Of a DNA stretch of 64,000 bases, positions 57,221 to 64,000 are shown piece by piece. The stretch comes from Candidatus Altiarchaeales archaeon. GTDB taxonomy: Archaea > Altiarchaeota > Altiarchaeia > IMC4 > QMZM01. Every line of letters starts with the position of its first letter. The first letter of the stretch is position 1. The translations under genes and the position numbers were made by a program. Below the pieces are notes generated by a model. That model saw only the letters and a program-made list of their open reading frames with translations, did no database searches and was not told where the DNA came from. Where the stretch lies: NCBI GenBank assembly GCA_963749405.1, contig CAVVMY010000016.1, forward strand, positions 16,414-80,413. Reading direction: 5' to 3'.

Positions 57221-57420
57221 CTTTTCTGTTCACCTCATGTTTTGAGTTTTTGTTTTTTTTATGTATATTATGTATATTAAGTAGTGTATGGTTTTTTTAG
57301 GTTTAAATACTTTTCGTTTTAGGGCTGGGTAACTGTTTTTAGGGGTAGGTAACTGTTTGTTAATAGGTTGTTAGTTACTTGATAGATAACCATGTTCTCA
57401 TTGATTAACTAAAGTATTTC

Positions 57421-57682
57421 ATGGACTGGGACGACTACTCATTTGTCGTACGTTCAAAACAGAGAAAGGATACCTTGTTAATCCTGGAAAATCCTAAAAC
57501 ACCCACCCCAGTTAGGGGATAAACTTGATGTAAGCATATCTCATGTGAGTAGAACCCTTAAAGAGTTCACGGAGAAAGGCTTGGCTGAGTGTATGAATCC
57601 CCAACAAAAAGTTGGCCGTATATATGCTTTAACCAGGAAAGGACAGATAACACTAAAACAAATCAAAAAAAACTTAATGTAA
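57421..57682 (+). CDS. small winged-helix transcription regulator divergent from pilin cluster, interrupted by +1 frameshift in CCCC run at 57507-57510
   Basis: Frame 1 reads MDWDDYSFVVRSKQRKDTLLILENPKTPT. The next frame reads QLGDKLDVSISHVSRTLKEFTEKGLAECMNPQQKVGRIYALTRKGQITLKQIKKNLM (HTH). Not in the ORF track because both pieces are under 60 aa. Confidence 0.5.
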
Positions 57683-57782
57683 ACACTATAGGGGTATATT
57701 GTCTTTAGGAATCAACGGATATTGAAATATCAGACTGCAGTTACATAATCCATCGACAATCGAACAAAACCTGTTTTTAGAT

Positions 57783-58157
57783 TTATATGGGTGGTTTGAA
57801 CTCTATTATGTCGCCTGTTTCCACTGGGGGTAGGGGTTTTAGGGCTATTTCTATGACGTATTTGGCGTCTTTTTTCGGCCGGTATATTTTCCATGTTCCG
57901 GGTTTGAGGAGGCTGGCTGGTGGTATGTTTCTGGCGATGTCTACGACCTTCATTTGGGTGTCCAGCCATAGGACGTCTATTGGGAAGCGCATGAAAAGCA
58001 TGTGTATAGAAGAGTATTCTATGCCTTCCTTTGGGGAGATTAGGATTAGGTCTGATGGAGTTGAGAGCATTAGGCCTCGCAGCCTTGAGAAAAAGGTTTT
58101 AGCGGCTTTTGCTTCGCCGCTTATTGTGTTGCCACGGGTCTGGTTAAGGACTTGCAC
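57783..58157 (-). CDS. DUF192-family protein
   Basis: 124 aa with IHMLFMRFPIDVLWLD..., consistent with the DUF192 (COG1430) pattern. Confidence 0.5.
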   Translation of the reverse strand: MQVLNQTRGNTISGEAKAAKTFFSRLRGLMLSTPSDLILISPKEGIEYSSIHMLFMRFPIDVLWLDTQMKVVDIARNIPPASLLKPGTWKIYRPKKDAKYVIEIALKPLPPVETGDIIEFKPPI

Positions 58158-58932
58158 CTTTTGTCTTGGGTTTTCCTGTTAGTGTGAGGCATATCTGTTC
58201 CCAGACGCTTAATGACTCGATTTTAGCTTCTTTGCCGGATATGCTGTTTGCTATTTTTCTTATCTCCAGGCTTATCTTGTGCTTGGGGTTCTGTAGGACT
58301 ATTGGGTTTTTCAGTTCTATTGACCTTCTTATGGAGGGGTCCTCTGGTATTACTCCGAGTACCGGCAGCTTGAAGAAGGAGGCTATGTAGTCTTTCTTTA
58401 GTTCGTCTTTTTTTGTGACCCTGTTTAGGACTATTCCTGAGAGCTTTTTTTCGTATTTGTTTATGATGCTCTTTGTCCTGAGCGCGTCGGATATTGTCGG
58501 GAGTTCCGGGTGGGTGACTATTATGAATTCGTCGCACATGTCTATTGCGTTCAGGGTTTCCCTGTCAAGTCCTGTTGCCGCGTCTACCAGCACGTAGTCT
58601 TTGTCTGAGAATGCCGCCTTTATCTCTTTTCCTATGTTTACGGGCGGCGTATCCAGTATGTCCTCGAAGGACAGAGATGCTGGCACTATGTCCACTCCTG
58701 AGGGGTGTTTGTATACAGCATCCGACAGCGATGCGTTTTTCTTCATAACGTCGTGGATCGATATCGGATATGATATCAGGCCGTAGTGCAGTCCGAGATT
58801 TGCTCCTGTAAGGTTGGCATCGACTATTGCGACGTTGTACCCGTCCTTTGCAAGAGAGGCACCTAGATTCGAAACCAGAGTAGTCTTGCCGACTCCTCCT
58901 TTTCCTGAGACAACGCCTATTATTCTTGTCAT
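58144..58932 (-). CDS. minD: MinD/ParA-family P-loop ATPase
   Basis: MTRIIGVVSGKGGVGKTTLVSNLGASLAKDGYNVAIVDAN has a deviant Walker A. Confidence 0.8.
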   Translation of the reverse strand: MTRIIGVVSGKGGVGKTTLVSNLGASLAKDGYNVAIVDANLTGANLGLHYGLISYPISIHDVMKKNASLSDAVYKHPSGVDIVPASLSFEDILDTPPVNIGKEIKAAFSDKDYVLVDAATGLDRETLNAIDMCDEFIIVTHPELPTISDALRTKSIINKYEKKLSGIVLNRVTKKDELKKDYIASFFKLPVLGVIPEDPSIRRSIELKNPIVLQNPKHKISLEIRKIANSISGKEAKIESLSVWEQICLTLTGKPKTKGASP

Positions 58933-58998
58933 GTTATATATAATTAATTAGATGGGTATAAAAATAAAATAAACAAGCATGCTGAGGCAACAAAAAAA

Positions 58999-59664
58999 AT
59001 GATATGCGTCTCTATTAAGGGGCAGGTCATCGAAAACATGGTAGATGAGGCTAATTTCTCCTCTGCGGACCTTGTGGAAATACGGCTGGACTGTTTGGAC
59101 AATTATACGGGCATCGAAAAGCTTCGGCGGATAACAAAACCGCTGATAGTTACCTGCATGCCGGTATCGGAGGGCGGCGGATATGCGGGAAACGAGGAAG
59201 AGCGGATAGCATTACTCTTCGAGTCTGTCAAATATGCAGACTATGTTAGCCTGGAGCTCTCAACCAAAAAAGAGCTAAGAGACAGGATAATATATGAGGC
59301 ACGGAGCCGGGATGCAAAAATCATAGCCAGCTACCATGATAATAAAAAGACCCCGGATGTAAAGAGAATACGGGATATCCTTAAAAAGGAGAAGCGGATG
59401 GGTGCAGACATCGCAAAAGTTGCGTTCCAAGCAAACGACTATTGGGACGTTATAAAGCTCATGAGCGTATTGAAGGAAAACGACATAGGTATCCCTATAA
59501 TAGCTGTTTCCATGGGGGAGTATGGGCGGATCTCCCGCATACTTGGCCCTATGTTAGGGTCTTATCTGACGTTCGCTTCATCTGCGAAGGGCTGCGAGGC
59601 TGCTCCCGGGCAGCTTACCGTAGAGGAGATGCATACGATTTTTGACATACTTAGCAGAATATGA
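58999..59664 (+). CDS. aroD: 3-dehydroquinate dehydratase, type I
   Basis: 221 aa with the type I DHQase fold pattern (ADLVEIRLD ... IASYHD ... AKVAF). Confidence 0.8.
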   Translation: MICVSIKGQVIENMVDEANFSSADLVEIRLDCLDNYTGIEKLRRITKPLIVTCMPVSEGGGYAGNEEERIALLFESVKYADYVSLELSTKKELRDRIIYEARSRDAKIIASYHDNKKTPDVKRIRDILKKEKRMGADIAKVAFQANDYWDVIKLMSVLKENDIGIPIIAVSMGEYGRISRILGPMLGSYLTFASSAKGCEAAPGQLTVEEMHTIFDILSRI

Positions 59665-60338
59665 AGATATTGAATCACGACATAGACAGGGATACACGCT
59701 GCGGAGTGCCTGAAGTGGTATACGGCGCAGGCAAGACTTCTGAGGACCTGGTCGAGATAGCGCGAAGATTTTTGGATAATTCCGGCAGGGTCATAATAAC
59801 CCGGATAGACGATGAAAAGGCTGCGAAGGTGTTGCAAAGCGTCCGGGGAAAAAATCTCAGGATAGTGCATAATAATAAGGGCCGGGTGCTTGTCGTCAAG
59901 AAAAAAGGCCACAAAAACGGCGATGCCGGCGGAGTAATAGGCATAATCACAGCAGGCACGTCTGATATCCCTGTAGCTGAGGAGGCGGCTGCTGTTGCTG
60001 AAGAGTTGGGCTGCTCAGTCAGAAGAGAATATGACGTAGGCATCGCAGGTATCCACCGGGTTTTTTCAGCTCTTGAGAAGGTAGGCATAGTCAATGCATA
60101 CATAGTCGTCGCAGGAATGGAAGGAGCTCTTCCCTCGGTCGTGGCAGGGCTTGTCGCGGCGCCTGTGATAGCTGTGCCGACGTCTGTAGGCTACGGAACC
60201 GCGGAACAAGGCAAAACCGCGCTGTATACGATGCTGAATTCTTGCACGCCCCTCGCAGTGGTCAACATAGACAACGGATACGGTGCCGCAGTACTTGCGT
60301 ATAAGATGATCGCATCCGGAAAGACTGCGGGGAGATAG
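59661..60338 (+). CDS. PurE-like/LarB-family (AIR carboxylase-related, COG1691) protein
   Basis: GIITAGTSDIPVAEEAAAVAEELG ... VVAGMEGALPSVVAGLVAAPVIAVPTSVGYG. Confidence 0.55.
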   Translation: MKILNHDIDRDTRCGVPEVVYGAGKTSEDLVEIARRFLDNSGRVIITRIDDEKAAKVLQSVRGKNLRIVHNNKGRVLVVKKKGHKNGDAGGVIGIITAGTSDIPVAEEAAAVAEELGCSVRREYDVGIAGIHRVFSALEKVGIVNAYIVVAGMEGALPSVVAGLVAAPVIAVPTSVGYGTAEQGKTALYTMLNSCTPLAVVNIDNGYGAAVLAYKMIASGKTAGR

Positions 60339-60388
60339 CTGAAATGCGGATTTTCCAAGACAAATACCTGTCTTCCCAATAGGATACT

Positions 60389-61369
60389 ATGTCTTTTAAT
60401 CTGCCTCATGTGCCCAAAGCCGATGAAGTCCTTGACGATGCTTTCCGGCAGGGGGCGAAGGTTGCCAAAGCCCGAAGGTCTGTGCGCGCGCCCTTTAAAG
60501 AGCGTATGCGGGAATCCGAGGAAGCGCGGGTCAAGGCCATCGGTAACTCCATCCAGTCGGACCTGCGCAAGATAGTGAAACGTTTTCCAAGCTATGACCA
60601 GCTCCCGGAATTCCATAAAAGGCTTCTGGAGATAAGGATAGACAAAGACCGCTACAAGAAATCCCTGGGTGCTGCGCAGTGGTGTCTTGACAATGTTTCC
60701 AGGCTTAAACTGGATACCCTCAACCATCTGAAAGAGTACCGCAAGGACACCGAGGCATCCAAGGAATTCCAGGGCAGGGTTTCTTCCATGGTAAAGAAGA
60801 TCTCAAAAGACCTTGACGAACTCATCGAGATAAAGAAGGTTTTACGGGAATTCCCTGTCATAGAAGACCTTCCGACAATGGTGGTCTGCGGTTACCCCAA
60901 CGTGGGAAAAAGCACATTCATGAGAAACCTCACAGGCTCGGAGGTAAAGATAGCAAGCTACCCATTCACTACACAAAGCATACTCATAGGCCATACCAAC
61001 ATAAAATACCAGAAATACCAGATCATAGACTCCCCCGGACTATTGGATCGGGCGATGGAGCATAGGAACAGGATAGAAGTGGAGGCAATCCTTGCCATCA
61101 AGGAACTTGCAGACGTCATACTCTTCATTGTGGATCCCACCCAGGATATCACTGCCCAGCTTTCTCTTCTGAAGGAGGTGTCCTCAAGCTTTGAGTCTCC
61201 GGTATTTGTCGCAATCAACAAAGCCGACGTTTCACCCAGGGACGCGCTGGAGGCTGCGCAAAAACAAGTCTCCTCGTTTCCATCATTTACCATCTCCGCG
61301 AACAGCGCCGCAGACTGCGTACGCGTTTTCCAGAGCATATTCACAAGCCTGAAAGATGCAAAGAGTTAG
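60389..61369 (+). CDS. nog1: NOG1-family GTPase (archaeal Nog1 homolog)
   Basis: N-terminal NOG1 domain then GTPase motifs (GYPNVGKST, DSPG, NKAD). Confidence 0.8.
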   Translation: MSFNLPHVPKADEVLDDAFRQGAKVAKARRSVRAPFKERMRESEEARVKAIGNSIQSDLRKIVKRFPSYDQLPEFHKRLLEIRIDKDRYKKSLGAAQWCLDNVSRLKLDTLNHLKEYRKDTEASKEFQGRVSSMVKKISKDLDELIEIKKVLREFPVIEDLPTMVVCGYPNVGKSTFMRNLTGSEVKIASYPFTTQSILIGHTNIKYQKYQIIDSPGLLDRAMEHRNRIEVEAILAIKELADVILFIVDPTQDITAQLSLLKEVSSSFESPVFVAINKADVSPRDALEAAQKQVSSFPSFTISANSAADCVRVFQSIFTSLKDAKS

Positions 61370-62621
61370 AATTGAGACATACGGCTGCTCCATGAACAAG
61401 GCGGCATCCGAAGCTGCCGCAGGACTTCTTTTAGAGAAGGGATACGAATTATGCGACGATGACTCCTATGATGTAATCGTGATCAATACCTGCACAGTTA
61501 AGACTCCGACAGAGAGGAAAATAATCAAAAGGCTTGAATCGCTGGCAGATGAGGGAAAAAAAGCCGTTGTCGCAGGATGCCTTCCAGGAACATGCCCGGG
61601 CCTTGCAGACCGTTTCATGTCTTTTTCTTTCATAGGAACGAATGTCTTAGACATCACCGAAGCAGTTGATAATGCCATCCACGGGCGGCGTTTCGTCAGA
61701 ATCGATTCCAGAGGATGCGTAAGCGGCAGCCCCAGGAAGAGAGACAACCCGGTGATAGGGATCGTCCCAATCTCACACGGCTGTCTTGGGAACTGCAGCT
61801 ACTGCGCCGTGAAGAAGGCCCGCGGCCGCCTGCTATCTTTCCCTGCAGGCGAGATAGTGAAAGACGTAAAATGCGCTCTTTCCGAAGGCGTCCGCGAGAT
61901 ATGGCTTACTTCACAGGACTGCGGAGCCTACGGAAGGGACTGCGGCACGAATCTACCACACCTGATGCAACAGATTACGAACATCGAAGGCGAATACATG
62001 CTCCGCATAGGCATGATGAACCCAAACCACGTGCTTTCATTCCTTGACGAATTGATCGAGGCATACAAGAATCCGAAGGTGTATAAGTTCTTGCATCTGC
62101 CTGTGCAGTCAGGCGACGACAACGTGCTCAGGGACATGAATCGCCTCTACACTGTCGCAGACTTTAGAAAAATAGTCGAAGAGTTCCGAAAAAAGATGCC
62201 AACTCTGACGATCTCAACAGACATAATCGCCGGCTTTCCAACAGAAGACGAAAAAGCCTTCCAGAAATCCCTCAACCTCCTAAAAGAGATAAGGCCGGAT
62301 GTCTTGAATATCTCCAGGTTCTGGGCGCGGCCCGAAACTCCCGCAGAGAAGATGAAGCAACTACATGGAAGGATAACGAACCAGAGGTCAAGAAGAATAG
62401 CAGAAACCTTTAACACAATCGCCCTGGAAAACAACAGGAAATGGATCAGCTGGCAGGGACGCGTCCTGGTTTCCGAGAAAGGCAAAAGAGGTGACTTTTG
62501 CGCCAGGAATTACACCTATAAACCCGTGATACTGAAAGAAGGAGAAAATATCATGGGCCAGTTAATGGAAGTAAAAATCGTTGATGCGACAAAAAACGAC
62601 CTACGAGGAGTATTGATCTGA
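61356..62621 (+). CDS. mtaB: radical SAM methylthiotransferase, MiaB/RimO family (archaeal MtaB/e-MtaB type)
   Basis: UPF0004 N-terminal domain (IETYGCSMNKAASE, INTCTV), radical SAM CLGNCSYC, and a C-terminal TRAM-like region. Confidence 0.8.
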   Translation: MQRVRIETYGCSMNKAASEAAAGLLLEKGYELCDDDSYDVIVINTCTVKTPTERKIIKRLESLADEGKKAVVAGCLPGTCPGLADRFMSFSFIGTNVLDITEAVDNAIHGRRFVRIDSRGCVSGSPRKRDNPVIGIVPISHGCLGNCSYCAVKKARGRLLSFPAGEIVKDVKCALSEGVREIWLTSQDCGAYGRDCGTNLPHLMQQITNIEGEYMLRIGMMNPNHVLSFLDELIEAYKNPKVYKFLHLPVQSGDDNVLRDMNRLYTVADFRKIVEEFRKKMPTLTISTDIIAGFPTEDEKAFQKSLNLLKEIRPDVLNISRFWARPETPAEKMKQLHGRITNQRSRRIAETFNTIALENNRKWISWQGRVLVSEKGKRGDFCARNYTYKPVILKEGENIMGQLMEVKIVDATKNDLRGVLI

Positions 62622-62698
62622 TTTTTATTTGCCGATGCTTGCTTGTCTAGACTATTTGATTTCCGCGGATTACAGGACCACCTGCAAGCAGCAGAGTA

Positions 62699-64000
62699 TT
62701 ACGATAAAAATAAATGCATTAACCCGATGTCAGATATCATTGAAGGTAGCGTATGAACCAAAAAAGTGACAACGATTACCGCCACGACATAGAACCTTAG
62801 TTCTTTGTTGTCTTTAATGTTGTTTACTAATACATATGCGGCAAACAGTGTCAACGGAAGGGCGACTGCTGCGTAGGTGTTCCAGTCCTGGGGAAAACCG
62901 AGCGTACTGTTATGAAGCCACACATACGCTGCAAAGAATAAGGTTACGGAACCTATAAAGATTAGTTTACTATCTTTGAATCTTATCCTCCTTATGTTGA
63001 AAAGAAGGAAAATAAGCAGGATTATTGACGCAGGTGATATGAGTATATGCTCATTAAGCATCTCTTCCACGTGATGTGAGGTAAAAAGACCCGGCTGAAT
63101 TAAATCACCATCGTGTAGTCTGCTCCAATATCCGTCAAGGCAGCTTTTGAAGTCGGTGCAATAGCCGGTAGCATATAACCCGCTGTAGTATACAAAAATA
63201 ACATGCCCTATGAACAAGATTATAGGAATTGACGCAGATAGGATCATGATAAAAAATTCCTTGAAAAAACCCGTACCTTTTTTCTTTAGCATCCTTAGGA
63301 AGAAAAGCAAAAAAAGTGTTGGTAACATTATTAAGAAGGACAAAGAAATACAAAAGTTTACTGCATAGAATAATGAAGGAAAAAAGATGCTGTTAATTTT
63401 GTCTTTTAGGTAGAGGATGGAGGAATATATGTAGAGTATCATCCCGAGAGTTAGTGTGGAATAGTATTCTATATCGCCAAAAAACAGGATTATGAAATAT
63501 GAAGTTGCGAGGATGGAAAAAATTGCAAAACTCCTCCATTTATCCTTTGCAAGTTCTTTGCATAATACCCACAAAATAGGAATGGCAATTGCCCCATAAA
63601 AGCAGGACAGACCGGCTGCAATTTCATAGCTGGAATACGGCGCACCCATACTCTTCACCACGTCGTAGCTGAAAGTTACAAACCAGGAACTAAGAGGGCC
63701 TGTACTCATAAATGTGTATTGCTTATTTAGGGCTAGCTGCCCTACGAAACCGGCATCTCCCGCATTTCGCTGCGTTCTAAAGGACCAGAAAATGATAAAG
63801 GATAGCACACTCATTAGCAGATACATCAAATAACTCCAAAAAGTCGAGACTTCTGAATAAATTGTTGAATGAGTTCTATTAAAAGACCCGAGCAGGCTGC
63901 CAATCTTCTTATGGAATAACCCGGTAACTCGGCTTACAAGCCGATAAAGTTTTGTAGAGAGATAATCAAATAACTTGTAGATAAAAGGAACACAAATCAA
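62699..64000 (-). CDS. large polytopic membrane protein (possibly glycosyltransferase-C fold), 5' end outside window
   Basis: More than 433 aa with about 12 TM helices. Resemblance to ArnT/PMT-like glycosyltransferases is inferred only from topology. Confidence 0.35.
   Translation of the reverse strand: MICVPFIYKLFDYLSTKLYRLVSRVTGLFHKKIGSLLGSFNRTHSTIYSEVSTFWSYLMYLLMSVLSFIIFWSFRTQRNAGDAGFVGQLALNKQYTFMSTGPLSSWFVTFSYDVVKSMGAPYSSYEIAAGLSCFYGAIAIPILWVLCKELAKDKWRSFAIFSILATSYFIILFFGDIEYYSTLTLGMILYIYSSILYLKDKINSIFFPSLFYAVNFCISLSFLIMLPTLFLLFFLRMLKKKGTGFFKEFFIMILSASIPIILFIGHVIFVYYSGLYATGYCTDFKSCLDGYWSRLHDGDLIQPGLFTSHHVEEMLNEHILISPASIILLIFLLFNIRRIRFKDSKLIFIGSVTLFFAAYVWLHNSTLGFPQDWNTYAAVALPLTLFAAYVLVNNIKDNKELRFYVVAVIVVTFLVHTLPSMISDIGLMHLFLS

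Larger units (their letters stand above)
55978..57230. repeat. near-perfect tandem duplication (729 bp period) of a pilin gene with its upstream and downstream flanks
   Basis: ORFs 56018-56491 and 56747-57220 differ by 2 aa. The flanking sequence ccgcacccccataacagataaaatatatagttatccg is also duplicated. Confidence 0.75.

Overview
This 64 kb window is an archaeal chromosomal segment at roughly 50% GC with several AT-rich islets. Archaeal/eukaryal-type ribosomal proteins (eL18, eL31, eS1), Rpo3/6/10 RNA polymerase subunits, aIF6, ABCE1, Hef, Nog1, CDC48, a geranylgeranyl reductase and class III signal peptide pilins point to an archaeon, possibly DPANN or euryarchaeal-like.

Main content:
- A trp operon (trpE' G D C F B A) interrupted between trpD and trpC by a GC-rich, TnpA-only IS200/IS605 element with TAAA-loop hairpin ends.
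- An r-protein/RNA-polymerase cluster: S2, RpoK, RpoN, S9, L13, L18e, a tRNA-like gene, RpoD, S11, S4, S13, tRNA-Ser.
- L31e-aIF6, S15, S3Ae, HisA, TatD, RecJ/GAN-like, HerA, NadM, chorismate mutase and PheA.
- A pilin cluster with a perfect 729 bp tandem duplication.
- Many secreted Cys/Thr-rich proteins.

Second-look items:
- At least 9 conserved genes are broken by single-base +1 insertions. Eight are an extra A in a sense-strand A-run and one is an extra C. I cannot tell systematic homopolymer sequencing error from real recoding or decay.
- A conserved hairpin-containing about 35 nt element sits downstream of all three tRNA genes.
- One tRNA-Leu-like gene lacks a D-arm.
- The 5' end of tRNA-Ser plus its upstream sequence is duplicated three times in tandem.
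- ATTATC-N(1-3)-GATAAT operator-like palindromes recur at three places.
- AT-rich islets carry uncharacterised tightly coupled gene modules, including a membrane protein / zf-HIT-like protein / PD-(D/E)xK-like nuclease triad at 16.1-17.8 kb.

No CRISPR array or rRNA was seen.
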